Origin: Eledone cirrhosa
Taxonomy: Eukaryota
Direction: 5' to 3'
DNA length: 64,000 nt
NCBI GenBank assembly: GCA_964016885.1
Contig: OZ024752.1
Span: 26,102,001 to 26,166,000, forward strand
The notes under the pieces were generated by a model, which had not been told where the DNA came from, did not search any database, and worked only from the letters and a program-made list of their open reading frames with translations. Every line of letters starts with the position of its first letter. Within the stretch, counting starts at the first letter, position 1. Both the position numbers and the translations under genes were made by a program. This document shows, piece by piece, positions 1 through 13,562 of the stretch.

Positions 1-161
1 TTTCCCGGCGTCGAAGACTACATTTTTCCTAAAATAAGTCTCAAAAGTCTACCATGCGTCCTGGAGGCCGAAGGTTGTTTATTATTTTTTTTCAAATTTT
101 TGGTTGTCAAAATTAGGGTGCGTCCCCGAGGACGAAGCGTCGTCGGCGCCGGGAAATACGG
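1..161. mobile_element. MITE (Tc1/mariner-pogo/Tc2-like), left end cut by window edge
   Basis: TTTCCCGGCG...CGCCGGGAAATACGG|TA inverted termini; near-identical complete copy at 14973-15143. Confidence 0.75.
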
Positions 162-250
162 TAGGTAAATATAGGTAAAATAAAATTTACACTCTGCCTA
201 CACGTATTGAGTGCTTTATCTGACAATGTTTGAATGATTTACATATCAAA

Positions 251-790
251 TAGGTAGATGGTAGGTTTGTAGGAAAATAGCTTAAGTGATGAGTTTGTAG
301 GTAAATAGGTTAAGTGGTAGGTTTCTTGGTAAATAGGTTAATTGGTGGGTTTGTTGGTAAATAGGCAGATTGGTAGGTTTGTAGGTAAATAGGTTGATTG
401 GTAGGTTTGTAGGTAAATAGGTTAATTGGTGGGTTTGTAGGTAAATAGGTTAATTGGTAGGTTTGTAGGTAAATAGGTGGTTAATTGGTGAGTTTGTAGG
501 CAAATAGGTTAATTGGTAGGTTTGTAGGTAAATAGGTTAATTGGTAGGTTTGTAGCTAAATAGGTAGATTGGTTAGTTTTTTGGTAAATAGCTTGATTGG
601 TAGTTTTGTAGGTAAATAGGTTAATTGGTAGGTTTGTTGGTAAATAGGTTAATTGGTGAGTTTGTTGGTAAATAGGTTAATTGGTAGTTTTGTAGGTAAA
701 TAGGTAGATTGGTAGGTTTGTAGGTAAATAGGTTAATTGGTGGGTTTGTTGCTAAATAGCTAGATTGGTAGTCAGATAGATAGGTTGATA
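251..790. repeat. ~28-bp minisatellite (GGTAAATAGGTTAATTGGTAGGTTTGTA)n
   Basis: Direct tandem repetition visible. Confidence 0.9.
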
Positions 791-967
791 GCTAGGTTGG
801 TAGATTGCTAAGTAGGTTGCTTGAAAATAGGAAGACAGAAAGGTAAGTATAAAAGCAGGTATGTATTATATAGCGGGGTAGATATAGTAAATAGGTAAGT
901 AGGTAGCTAAAATAGTCAGGTGTAGTAGCTAGGTAGATAGGTATAGTTAATTTGTTTGCAGGTGGGA

Positions 968-1590
968 TGTGTGATGTGATGTGTGCATGTCTGTATGCGT
1001 GTATGTATGTACGTGTGTATGTGTGTATGTATGTATGCGTGTATGTGTGTGTATGTGCGTGTATGTGTGTGTATGTGTGTGTGTATGTATGTGTGTATGT
1101 GCGTGTATGTGTATGTTTGTATGTGTGTATGTGTGTGTACGTTATTGTATGTGTGCGCAAGTGCGTGTGTATGTGTGTGTATGTGTGTGTATGTGTGTGC
1201 GTGTTTGTGTGTCTATGTATGCGTGTATGTATGTGTGTATTTGTGTGTTTCGGTGTGTGTGTGTGTGTGAGTATGTATGTGTGTGTTTCGGTGTGTGCAT
1301 GCATGTATGTATGTGTAGGTGTATGTGTGTATGTGTGTGTATGTATGCGTGTATGTATGTGTGTATGTGTGTATTTGTGTATTTCGGTGTATGTGAGTAT
1401 GTATGTGTATGTGTGTGTGTGCATGTATGTATGTATGTGTAGGTGTATGTGTGTATGTGTGTGTATGTATGCGTGTGTGTATGTGTGTATTTGTGTGTTT
1501 CGGTGTGTGTGAGTGTGTATATATATGTATATATGTGTGTGTGTATATATATGTTTGTGTGTGAGTATCTATGTGTGTATGTGTGTGTAT
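968..1590. repeat. (TG)n/(TATG)n compound microsatellite
   Basis: Visible; explains overlapping CV/YV/HT ORFs. Confidence 0.95.
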
Positions 1591-1637
1591 TGGGTTCTTA
1601 ATATCAGATCAGCTGCAAGTGGCTGCACCACTATAAA

Positions 1638-1780
1638 CTGTTGCTGTTGCTGTTGTTGTTGTTGCTGTTTTTGTTGTTGCTGTTGTTGTTGTTGTTGTTG
1701 TTTAGTGTTAGGTCAGCTGTAAGCGAGCTGACGTATGAAAAAAAACGTTCCTACCATAACCATCTATATTTTATCAAATA
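1638..1780 (-). mobile_element. Degenerate SINE/LINE 3' end with (CAA)n tail
   Basis: (TTG)n run followed by GTTTAG..AGGTCAGCTG..GAGCTGAC; resembles octopus SINE tails from memory only. Confidence 0.35.
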
Positions 1781-2402
1781 TGTCATCTGTTTCATTTTAG
1801 GAAGTCGGATCTAAGTTTCAGGTCTTGTCTCATGACCTAACATACAGCCACACACACATGTAAAATCCGGTTTTCCTTATTCGTCTATTTATACAATACT
1901 GTGTAGTAGATGAGTCTATAATTATTTTGCTGAGTACACCGTATTATAGCGTCCATGTTAGCTACTGGGGTATTGCTGAATATTTTTTTAAACAAAAATT
2001 AAGGATACTATTTCTTGGGTGAACTTTTGTATCTTGTGTGTGTTTTCGTGTTTGTGAAAGTGTTTTTCTATTCTCCATTAATGTGACCGTGTGTTGTGGT
2101 GATAATTTGTTCGCTAGTCCGAACAAAGTTGAGGAATATTTTGTCCAACTGATTGTGGTGGTTAGATATGTGTGTGGGAGGGGTGTAGTCGAAGGTTATG
2201 CCAGGAGAAAAGTCGTTATAGTTGGATTGGTGTTATATATATATAAAAGAGAGATGTTTATTGGTTGGTTGGTTGAATCACACGAAATCTACACACATAC
2301 ACACAAATACATACACACACATCTAAAGAGAGAGACAGAGGGAGAGACAGAAAGAGAGAGATAGACCGTTATACAGAGAGTGATACAATTAAAGTATTAG
2401 AT

Positions 2403-2440
<38 letters not shown>

Positions 2441-3001
2441 TAACGTCCCAAGAAAGTCTAGGAACAGCTTAAACTATAGATCCTTTGATCTATAGGAAGG
2501 TTTAACAATTTGCGTTAGCTTTTATAAAGTCGTTTTGCAATCTTTGATTTTACAGAACAAAGACAAATTGATACTACTTGAAATTATTCTATCCTCCAGC
2601 TTTTATCCATATACTAATTACAGACCGTACTAAGAAACAACACTTCAGAAGCAATGTTATGCGGTATATTGCTGTGTTTCAGAAGACGTCTTATGGAGGT
2701 GAAAAAAGATCACACTGACTATGGTTATTCCACAACATTAAAAATCCAAGGCTAATGCTACCATTTAATCGATAGTTCACTCCCCCAGCCTAATAAACAA
2801 ATTTTATGATTGTTTTGTTTATGTCTCTCTCACACACACTCACACACCCTCACATTACGGTCTCATATCATACCATACAACAGATCGAATACAGTCGTTT
2901 TCTCTTTTATCCATCTTCTCTTAAGTATTCCCCTGACGAAGCCGGGTACCTCAGCTAGTACATATATGTTGGTGTGTGCGTGCGTGTGTGTGTGTGGGTG
3001 T

Positions 3002-3077
<76 letters not shown>

Positions 3078-3399
3078 ATGTGTGTACTGGTGTGGATTGT
3101 GAAGCATGTATAGGAAATCTAGTTGCAATTAGTTTTGACATGGGAAATGTTGTATGCCTTGGGTTCTCTCGCAATGTGGGTGTTTGTAAGAGTGTTAATG
3201 TGCTGTAACTGAATGTGGTTGCAATCGGGTGGGACATATGTTGACAGATGACTTGGTAGCAGCTACAATGCTTTTGCTATGAGTTCTAGGTGTCCACGAA
3301 GGCTCGAGCAAATACGGACACATTCTTGACTACTTGCCTTAATCCAGCGGAACATCCAGGATGAGAAAGTTGGACGAAAAGAGGACTGCACCACCACCA

Positions 3400-3498
3400 C
3401 GGGGCTGGTACTTTCTCTGTTGACCCCGCAAAAGATGAAAGGTGAAAGGAACCACGGTAAGATGTGAACTCAGTGTATAGAGACACGGAACAAATATT
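3400..3498 (-). mobile_element. SINE fragment (Deu/Nin-type core)
   Basis: CTGGTACT..GACCCCG.AAAGATGAAAGG matches the fuller copy at 25762-25953. Confidence 0.55.
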
Positions 3499-3748
3499 GG
3501 TGGTGGTGGTGGTGGTGGTGGTGGTGGTGGTAGTGGTGGTGGTGGTGGTGGCGGTGGTAGTGGGGGTGGGGTGTTAGTGGGGGTGGAGGTGTTAGTGGCG
3601 GTGGTGGTGGTAGTGATAGTGGTGGTGGTGTTAGTGGGGGTGGAGGTGTTAGTAGCGGTGGTGGTGGTGGTGGTGGCGGCGGCTACGGCGGCGGTGCGGA
3701 GGCGGTGGTGTGGTGTTAATATTATTATTATTAGTAGTAGTAGTAGTA

Positions 3749-3817
<69 letters not shown>
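3499..3817. repeat. (GGT)n and (AGT)n microsatellites
   Basis: Visible. Confidence 0.95.
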
Positions 3818-4090
3818 TGTTTTGATTGTAACAGTAGTGGTGTTGAATGTCGTCAATACATATTCTCCTTGTTTCGGTTAATGGTAGGCAAACAAAGGGT
3901 CATGATTGATTGGAGGAAGTGTAGATGGAGGCGTGGTGTGGAGGTATGGAGTGGAGGTATGGCCAGATTGTCACTTACATTGGCTTAGCTTTCATGTTCA
4001 GTAAGAGTCTACCTGACTTTAGATTAAATAATGTGTTACATGTAAATGTGTACGTCTATGTGTGTTTGTGTAAATACACGGACATCCTTG

Positions 4091-4256
4091 AAGCCGCGTG
4101 GCTTAGTGGTTAGCGTGTCTAACTCACGATCCTAAGGTTGTGATTTTGATTCTCGGCGGAGTGTTGTAGCCTTGAACAAGATATTTTACTTCATATAGCT
4201 CCAGTCTTCTCCGCTGGACAAAGATTAATTGTACCTGTAATTCAAAGGAACAGCCT
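4091..4256 (+). mobile_element. tRNA-derived CORE-type SINE, degenerate
   Basis: A-box-like TGGCTTAGTGG, degenerate B box, then CORE-like GTGTTGTAGCCTTGAACAAGATATTTTACTTCA. Confidence 0.65.
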
Positions 4257-4291
4257 TTTCATAGACTTTCTCGTCTCTCTCTCTTGTGGCG

Positions 4292-5160
4292 CTAAACTCC
4301 GCCAGTTGCAGACTGCACATTAACATGTGATATAACTCTCCACAAAGTTCGATTACCAGCAGCAGAGTTCAAAGAGCAAAGATCAAGTCTAGTCCATAAA
4401 TTGACATTGTCAAGCCATTGTTTTGGCTGCGGGCCCCTGCTTCTCTTACCAGCCAACCTTCCTTCCAGGCATAACATACTCACACCACGAGTTGATCTTT
4501 TTATATGGCCGTATAGTTTGAGTAATCTTGACTTGACAATTGATGTAATTCGTCTAAGTTTGGTAATGTTGAGCAGCTCACTGATACAGATACGGTCGCT
4601 GAGCCGCTTGCTCATGATGTGGTTCTGGATTGTAGAGAGCTTCTGAAGTGACCTTGTCGTCCAATTAACACGGTCAAGACCATATAACACAACTGGTAGA
4701 ATGTAAGTATCAAAGATCTTGGCCTTCAAATGATAGAAAACACGTTTTGATGTTAGTACTTCTTTGTTCTTGTTGAAAGCTGCCCAACCTAGAGCGATTC
4801 TATATTGCGCAGCAACCATTCCATTGTTGTTTGATGATAGTTTGTGACCGAGATATACAAACTCCGTAACTTGAGCAATTTGCTGGTTGTAGATTGTGAG
4901 TTGGAGATTGGCATTGTTTTCGTCAGTGGTCATACATTTTGTTTTGGAGATGTTGATGTGTAAGCAAGCCTCCAGCAAATGTCTGGCCAGTACATTCAGA
5001 AAGTCTTGCAGATCAGTTCTAGATTAACACACGATGGCCAGATCGCCAGCATAGCTAAGATTTGATAGGATTTTACCTCCTATTTGATAGCCAGAGGAGC
5101 ATTCTTCTTCAGTCTGGTAGGTAAGTGCAGCTATAACTATACAGAAAAGAAGTACTGATA
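4292..5160 (-). pseudogene. RTE-clade LINE reverse transcriptase, C-terminal fragment
   Basis: ORF 4292-4978 with INISKTKCM, EFVYLG, RLLKLYGHI, LEGRLAGKRSRG...WLD; upstream degenerate catalytic motif (NLSYAGDL for YADD) near 5040-5065. Confidence 0.85.
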
Positions 5161-5345
5161 GTACATCCTCCTATATCACACTGAATCGCTCTAGGAAAGA
5201 CATGAAGTGTGCATGTGTCTGTGAAATGCTTGGCCACATGCGCGTTAATTTCGCGAGAGGGCTGTTCTATGGCCAGGTCTGAATACAGCAGATTTCTTTT
5301 CTTCCAGAGAAGGAAAGAGAGTAAGAGAAAGAGATATAGAGGAAG

Positions 5346-5445
5346 AATCGACCCAGTACTTGACTGGTACTTTTATCGACCTTATATGGACGAAAAGCAA
5401 AGTTGACCTTGACAGAATTTTAACTTCAGAGAGTCGGAACAAATA
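5346..5445 (-). mobile_element. SINE fragment (Deu/Nin-type core)
   Basis: ATCGACCCAGT..ACTGGTACTTTTATCGACC..GGACGAAAAGCAAAGTTGACC, homologous to other copies in the window. Confidence 0.65.
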
Positions 5446-5496
5446 CTTAAGAAAAAATGATGGCCTAGTGCCTAAATCAGAAACCATTATTGCGGC

Positions 5497-5497
5497 G

Positions 5498-5590
<93 letters not shown>

Positions 5591-5596
5591 ATAGTG

Positions 5597-5673
<77 letters not shown>

Positions 5674-5722
5674 TGTAGTGGTGGTAGTGGTGGTGGTGGT
5701 GGTGGTGGTGGTGGTGGTAGTG

Positions 5723-5766
<44 letters not shown>

Positions 5767-5902
5767 TGTTGTAGTGGTGGTAGTGGTGGTGGTGGTGGTG
5801 GTGGTGGTGGTAGTGGTAGTAGTAGTAGTAGTAGTAGTAGTAGTAATAGTAGTAGTTGTTGTAGTGGTGGTAGTGGTGGTGGTGGTGGTGGTGGTGGTAG
5901 TG

Positions 5903-5963
<61 letters not shown>

Positions 5964-6112
5964 TAGTAGTAGTAGTAACAGTAGTAGTAGCAGTAGTAGT
6001 AGCTGGTGCTGTTGCTGTGGGAATGCTGGTATTGGTGGTGATAACATTAATTGCTGTCATTGTTGTTGTTGTGGTGGTGGTGGTGGTGGTGGTGGTGGTG
6101 GTGGTGGTAGTG

Positions 6113-6157
<45 letters not shown>

Positions 6158-6283
6158 ACAGCAGTAGTAGCAGTAGTAGTAGCTGGTGCTGTTGCTGTGG
6201 GAATGCTGGTATTGGTGGTGATAACATTAATTGCTGTCATTGTTGTTGTTGTTGTGGTGGTGGTGGTGGTGGTGGTGGTAGTG

Positions 6284-6320
<37 letters not shown>

Positions 6321-6451
6321 CAGTAGTAGTAACAGCAGTAGTAGCAGTAGTAGTAGCTGGTGCTGTTGCTGTGGGAATGCTGGTATTGGTGGTGATAACA
6401 TTAATTGCTGTCATTGTTGTTGTTGTGGTGGTGGTGGTGGTGGTGGTAGTG

Positions 6452-6496
<45 letters not shown>

Positions 6497-7067
6497 ACAG
6501 CAGTAGTAGCAGTAGTAGTAGCTGGTGCTGTTGCTGTGGGAATGCTGGTATTGGTGGTGATAACATTAATTGCTGTCATTGTTGTTGTTGTGGTGGTGGT
6601 GGTGATGATGATGATGGTGATGGTGGTGATGGTGGTAGTGGTGGTAGTGGTGATGGTGATGGTGGTGGTAGTAGTGGTAGTGGTGGTGGTGATGGTGGTG
6701 GTGGTGGTGTTTGTTGTGATGTGGTGGTAGTGGTGGTGGTGGTGATGGTGGTGGCGATGGTGGTGATGGTGGTAGTGATGGTGAACGTGGTGGTGGTGAT
6801 GATGGTGGTGATAGTGGTAATGGTGATGGTGGTGGTGATGGTGGTAATGGTGGTGGTGGTGGTGGTGATGGTCGTGAGGGTAGTGATGATGGTGATGGAG
6901 ATGGTGGTGATGGTGGTAGTGGTGGTGGTGGTGATGGTGGTGATGGTGGTGGTGGTAGCGGTGGTGGTGGTGTTGGTGGCAGCAGTGGTAGTGGTGGTAG
7001 TGGTGGTGGTGGTGGTAGTGGCGATGGTGATGGTGGTGGTGGTGGTGGTGGTGGTGGTGGTGGTGGT
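5497..7067. repeat. (GTA)n/(GGT)n/(GAT)n tract with 4 higher-order ~165-180-bp units
   Basis: AGCTGGTGCTGTTGCTGTGGGAATGCTGG...GTCATTG recurs at 6001, 6181, 6355, 6520. Confidence 0.9.
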
Positions 7068-7237
7068 AAAGTGGATATGGTGTGCAGCTTACAAGAGATA
7101 CTGCACCGGAAGTATAGTAAGACACTTCCTCTAAGAGGTGAAATGGAAAGCATAATATGTATGTGTGTATGTGTGTATGTGCTTGTGTCAGTGTGGTTAT
7201 ATGTGACATGTGGATGTGTGAGTGCATGTTTGCATGC

Positions 7238-7306
<69 letters not shown>

Positions 7307-7323
7307 TGTATATATATATGTGT

Positions 7324-7386
<63 letters not shown>

Positions 7387-7649
7387 TACGTGCGTGTGAG
7401 AATGTATTGTATATACGTGTGTATGTGTGTACGTATCGGTAGTGTCTGTGTGTAAATCAGTAAATTATTTGTACTCATTCACCGTATGCTCACGTAACAA
7501 GTACGTACACACACCACACGCAAGCACACACACACACACTTATACACGGGCAGACGTACATACTCATAAACACACCCATACACAAACGCTCAAGCATGGA
7601 CACTGATACAAGCTAGCTGGAACATGTGAACCTAAACATACATGCAGAT

Positions 7650-7797
7650 AGTGCAAGCTGTCATGCATACATATATATATATATATACATATACATTCAC
7701 ATATACATACATATACACATGTAGACACATGCATACACAAATATATACATACATACTAAAATACATACTAAAATACATACATACATACATACATACA

Positions 7798-7831
<34 letters not shown>

Positions 7832-8037
7832 CATACATACATACATACATGCATGCATACACACGTTCATACGTTCATACGTACATATATACGTACGTAC
7901 ATACATACATTCATAGGTTCATACGTACATACGTACACATATACATACATACATTCATACATACATACATACATACATACATACATACATACATACATAC
8001 ATACATACATACATACATACATACATACATACATACA
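7650..8037. repeat. (ACAT)n microsatellite
   Basis: Visible. Confidence 0.95.
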
Positions 8038-8366
8038 TGGTGGTGGTGGCTGCCAACTCGTTTTCGAGTACGGCCACTACTTTATATCCATGTAGGAGAA
8101 CCCCTACCGATGCGCTGAACGAGTGTGACTTTTTAGTCCAGCCAACGACTTGAAAACTCTGGTACAAACACTACACTTGTGACAATTATTGACACACAGT
8201 GCTGGGCCCATGGTACCATGTGACGACAAGTGCCGAGAGATCTCCAGATATAAAGCAATGCCTGTGCCGTGAAGCTTTTATAGTGAGCAAAGGCACTGCA
8301 CAAAACCAGTCCCACTCTCTTAACCAAGATGATATTTACCAAAAGGAAGAACAAGTCAACATCATT
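8036..8366 (-). mobile_element. Non-autonomous LINE-derived family E, 5'-truncated copy
   Basis: High identity to 13563-14172; flanked by (ACAT)n. Confidence 0.75.
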
Positions 8367-8382
8367 ACATACATACATACAC

Positions 8383-8790
8383 CACCCTGATTACACCTTC
8401 AGATTTATGCCTGTGATTATTGGGGCACTGGGATATGTTAGTAACTGCCTCAGTACAATTCTTCAGAAGCTAGGCTTCACAGAAACAGTAAGAACACGAC
8501 TAGTTAGGAAATTACAAGTACAATCCATTAATGGAACAGTAAAAATGCATAAAATATTCCAAAAATGTTGCATCTAATAACTGCATATACACATGTATAT
8601 GCACATGCACACATACAACTCAAAACATACACATCAACACATACAATAACATTCATATCTACACATGCAGACATGCAGACATATCTACCTAGTTGATGTG
8701 TAAATTCCAATGAGAGAGTCTTGTGTCTATGTTAGAAATCGACTCTCTCTCTAGTGATAAAAATTTGTGAAATTATAGAATCAGAAGAAA
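8383..8790 (+). pseudogene. R4/Dong-like (REL endonuclease) LINE 3' fragment plus 3' UTR
   Basis: HPDYTFRFMPVIIGALGYV...LQVQSINGTVKMHKIF aligns by eye to YPRYTFSFIPIIIGATGYI...LQMAAIAGTFKICKTF of 26319-27077; ends in (ACAT)n. Confidence 0.75.
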
Positions 8791-8799
8791 CATACATAC

Positions 8800-9402
8800 A
8801 TGATGGCTGCCGCCTCGTTATCGAGTATGGCCATTGCACGATATAACATTATTAATAATTATTAATTAATTCTATCGTGCAATGTCTGTGAGTGAAGATA
8901 TTTTTTAAAGTGAGGAAAGACTGTGCACTGAGCCAATCCCACTCTCTGAGCGACAGTAGCTATAACTCGAAAAGAAGAAAAAATCAACATCATAGGTAAC
9001 TACGAAGTTGTCATAGTTTCCTGAGTTGGCTTCTCCTAGAAGAATGCCCTGACAAAGGCTAGGGGTCCTTCACTCCCAGTGGTTTAACCGCGCGATCGGG
9101 TGTCCAGCCCGGCTATTTCTATGTCCCCGCGCATATACATACACATGCACCCATGTATATACACATATACATACATATGTACATGTGTATAAATACATAT
9201 TTACACACTTTCGGATGGCCGTTGACTCTTATGAGTTCTTCCGCCCTTTGTCAGGTTTTGTTTTTTATCTTGCAGGGTGTCCAAAATCACCCTCCTCACT
9301 AAGTAAACTTGGTGGGGTTGCCGGTTTAGTCGCCGACGACCGACCATGCGACAGGTTGTACTGGGTTACATGTTACCAGTAGCACTCAAGAGTGACCCGA
9401 CA
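8800..9402 (-). mobile_element. Older diverged family E relative, interrupted by microsatellite
   Basis: Shares ATGGCTGCC..CTCGTT.TCGAGTA, CCCACTCT, TTCTCCTAGAA and GTTACCAGTAGCAC blocks with family E. Confidence 0.6.
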
Positions 9403-9467
9403 TAACATACATACATACATACATACATACATACATACATACATACATACATACATACATACATACG

Positions 9468-9742
9468 TTCGTAAAAATATGTCAAACATTCCAAACATTT
9501 TGCATCTAATAACTGCATATACACATGTACAGATACAAAGCATATACATATGCACACATACAACTCAAAACATACACATCCACACATACAATAACATCCA
9601 TATCTACACATGCATGCATGCATGCATACATAATCTACCTAGTTGAAGTGTAAATTCCAATGAGAGAGTCTTGTGTCTATGTTAGAAACCGACTCTCTCT
9701 CTATTGGGAAAAAAATTTGTGTAATTATAAAACCAGAAGAAC
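9468..9742 (+). mobile_element. Second copy of R4/Dong-like 3' end
   Basis: Similar to ~8540-8790; flanked by (ACAT)n. Confidence 0.7.
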
Positions 9743-9785
9743 ATACATACATACATACATACATACATACATACATACAAACATA

Positions 9786-10165
9786 CATGGTGGCTGCCAA
9801 CTTGTTTTAGAGTACGGCCACTACTTTATATCCATGTAAGAGAACCCCTACCGATGCGCTGAACAAGTGTGACTTTTTTGTCCAGCCAGCGACTTGGTAC
9901 AAACACTACACTCTTGACAATTATTGACACATAGTGCTGGGCCCATGGTACCATGTGACGACAAGTTCTGAGAGATCCCCAGATATAAAGCAATGGCTGT
10001 GCCGTGAAGCTTTTATAGTGAGCAAAAGCACTGCTCAAAGCCAGTCCCACTCTCTTAACCAAGATGATATTTACCAAAAAGAAGAACAAGTCAACATCAT
10101 TGGATGCCATCAGGGTTGCAGGTGTTATATCAGAGTTTTCCTTCTCCTAGAATGCTGCCTTGACA
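9786..10165 (-). mobile_element. Family E, 5'-truncated copy
   Basis: Identity to 13563-14172. Confidence 0.75.
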
Positions 10166-10599
10166 TGTATGTATACATACATACATACATACATACATAC
10201 ATACATACATACATACATACATACATACATACATGTAGAGAGGGATAGAGATTCAGTGTGAGAGACATTTGGAAAGCTGGTAATACACTCTAACCAAATT
10301 GGAAATGTATGCCCTATTTCTAACTGCTAGTTCCATTTTTTAATAATCAATAATAAAAGCATCCATCCATGGGTTTGGTTATCTACAAACAGCTGGACAG
10401 AAAATATGAACTTATTATTTATGAAGAAAAAATTTCTTTAGTAAGTCGTCTCTTTGCTTCTTACATGAGGAGTAGGACTCGCAAACAACATCCCTCTCTT
10501 TCTGGTTTGGCTTGTACACACACACACGCATACACACAGACACACATATATACAGACACACAGACACACACACACGCGCGCGTGCATCCACACACACTA

Positions 10600-10669
<70 letters not shown>

Positions 10670-10733
10670 GTAGAACACTGAAAGGTAATATCCGTAGTGG
10701 TAGAGCACTCAGTCCATGGGACGAGTTAGGTAG

Positions 10734-10825
10734 AAGTGGTTACACAACAGTTAGTTCACTATACTGAGGATCCGCTAAGCTGAAACAATTGTTCTCGGTA
10801 TGGTGAACTAACTGTTGTGTAACCA

Positions 10826-10828
<3 letters not shown>
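10734..10828. repeat. 35-bp inverted repeat with 25-nt spacer inside a short (TA)n-flanked insert
   Basis: AAGTGGTTACACAACAGTTAGTTCACTATACTGAG / CTCGGTATGGTGAACTAACTGTTGTGTAACCACTT. Confidence 0.9.
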
Positions 10829-10900
<72 letters not shown>

Positions 10901-11343
10901 GTTTACATATATATATATATATAAAGTCATAGATATATATATATGTGTTTTGCAACGGGTCACGTTGTGGCTCAATGAAAAATTAATAAATTAAACAATC
11001 AGAGCTATATAGCATAAAATATGTCTTTAGAACCACTAGATATAATATATACCATTTCCTCTCCCAATTAGCATAATTAACCATATAAAAAACTCAATTA
11101 GACCAAGCTATAAGAATAAAGGCTCCTATGAAGAAATCTCCGACAAATAACCGAAAGCAGCCCCTTCGCGGTGGTTACGGTAGATTATTTATCTAGCATT
11201 TCGACAGCATGTAAAAATCGACCAGATATACAGTCAACCAAACACAATTAGGTGTAAAATTGAACTTAGAAGAACATATCTAATTACCTCTACCATGGTT
11301 TCATCCGTATTTTAAGACATCCGATAACAGAGGACATCCATAA

Positions 11344-11518
11344 CAGTCGACGTTATCACCCCTTCCTTCAACAGTCATCATAATTACCCCTTCCTTCCTC
11401 AGTCATCATAATCACCCCTTCCTTCCTCAGTCATCATAATCACCCCTTCTTTCCTCAGTCAACATAATCACCCCTTCCTTCCTCAGTCGACATAATCACC
11501 CCTTCCTTCCTCAGTCAT
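11344..11518. repeat. 28-bp minisatellite (CAGTCATCATAATCACCCCTTCCTTCCT)x~6
   Basis: Visible tandem units. Confidence 0.9.
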
Positions 11519-11787
11519 CTGTTGTGCGTTACAGACAAATACACAGGGCTATTATATTAGATATATGTGTGTGCGAGTGTGTGTATATGTGTGTGTGAAT
11601 GTGTGTGTGAATGTGTGTGTGCGCGTGTGTGTGTGTATGTGGGGGGAATGTGTGTGTGTGTGTGTGATTGTATGTGTATGTATGTCTGTGTGTGCGCGTG
11701 AGTGAGTGTGTGTGTGTGTCATTGTGAGTGTGTGTGTGTGTGTGATTGTGTGTGTGTGTGTGAATGTGTGTGTGAGTGTGTGTGTTA

Positions 11788-11902
<115 letters not shown>

Positions 11903-12118
11903 GTAAACTGGTGATTGACTCGTTGAAATCCAACATCCTGCAGCTCCCTTGCATGCAATAGAAAAGATAAATGTTTATCCTATCCCTTAATTTTAAATCT
12001 GTTACTTCACAAGTGTTGTTGAAATGACACAATGTTGTTTAAATAACACACAGTATTTTTTTTTCCTCCACGTGTATTTATATATTAAGACAACTAAAGA
12101 ACTTCACTTCCTGGCACG

Positions 12119-12188
<70 letters not shown>

Positions 12189-13128
12189 CACTATTGGTAC
12201 TCCACCGGTATTGTTAGTTAGTTTTATCGTGTGTGTTTTTAAACTTTGTGTTGTCTGGCTTAAAGAACAATGTCCGGTTTATTGTGTTTGCATCTTACTG
12301 GACATTTTAATTGGAGGCACATTTCCACACATGTTGTTGATATTCCTTGTTGTGTGTTCCCTCTTTGTGTCACTGTCGTAATTGTGTATATTTGTGTGTT
12401 TGTTTGTTCGTTGGTTGGTTGTTATTGTAATGCTTTATTTTTGCTGGGTTAACATTCCTCTAAACGAAATTCGATGTATGTACATAGAATACAAAAGAAA
12501 GGAGAGGAAGTAATAAGGGAGAGACTGCCTTTTTTTTTTAAAATAACCTTCTTAGTTAAAAGTGCACACAAATTTGATTTTGAATTTTATCCGAAGAACT
12601 GCCTTTTTTTTATAACCTTCTTAGTTGAAAGTCCACACGAATTTGACTCTGCATTTCATCACTCACATACCTATAAAAAGAATCCTGGTTATATTTTATC
12701 AACTGACTCACTCGATAAATTCGGCAGGGTTTAAACAAAGACTGTAGAGGGACGAACGAAAATATTCTAAGGTACCATCCCTTTAGATCTTCATTTTATA
12801 TTTCCCAGTACAAACCTATTCTATAATACTACTCCAGATGAGCGAGACTTACATCACCTTACACTTCATAAAACTGTACACTGAGGGTGGTTAGAGTTCC
12901 TTTATGAAACCTGCCCGACCCGAGGATAAATAGAAACATTTGGCTTTGGCAAAGTGGCTCCTTCATCAACAGTGTTTACGTACGAGAAGATGTCGATCCA
13001 AAATGATTATATTTCACATGAATACAGACGAAATTGTCTCTTCTGAGCTTTTGACTAAATCGGAAAAAACTTGGGATCGCGAGGGACCGAAAGATTTAAT
13101 AATATAAGTTCCTGAATGAGTATGTATG

Positions 13129-13156
<28 letters not shown>

Positions 13157-13159
<3 letters not shown>

Positions 13160-13506
13160 CACCTGCAACCCTGATGGTATCCAATGATGTTGACTTGTTC
13201 GTCTTTTTGGTAAATATCATCTTGGTTAAGAGAGTGGGACTGGCTTTGTGCAGTGCCTTTGCTCACTATAAAAGCTTCACGGCACAGGCATTGTTTTATA
13301 TCTGGAGATCTCTCTGCACTTGTCGTCACATGGTACCATGGGCCCAGCACTATGTGTCAATAATTGTCACAAGTGTAGTGTTTGTACCAGAGTTTTCAAG
13401 TCGCTGGCTGGACTAAAAAGTCACACTTGTTCAGCGCATCGGTAGGGGTTCTCCTACATGAATATAAAGTAGTGGCCGTACTCGAAAACGAGTTGGCAGC
13501 CACCAT
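13157..13506 (+). mobile_element. Family E, 5'-truncated copy
   Basis: Identity to ~13823-14172; (ATGT)n on both sides. Confidence 0.75.
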
Positions 13507-13562
13507 GTATGTATGTATGTATGTATGTATGTATGTATGTATGTATGTATGTATGTATGTAT

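Noticed and set aside
4091-4160. tRNA genes at SINE heads (also 15666-15720 and 25860-25950)
   Set aside because: No complete cloverleaf; continue into SINE core sequences
5245-7303. 664-aa Thr/His-rich and 456-aa Val-rich ORFs as mucin-like genes
   Set aside because: Open on several frames and both strands over trinucleotide repeats; run into SINE and microsatellite sequence
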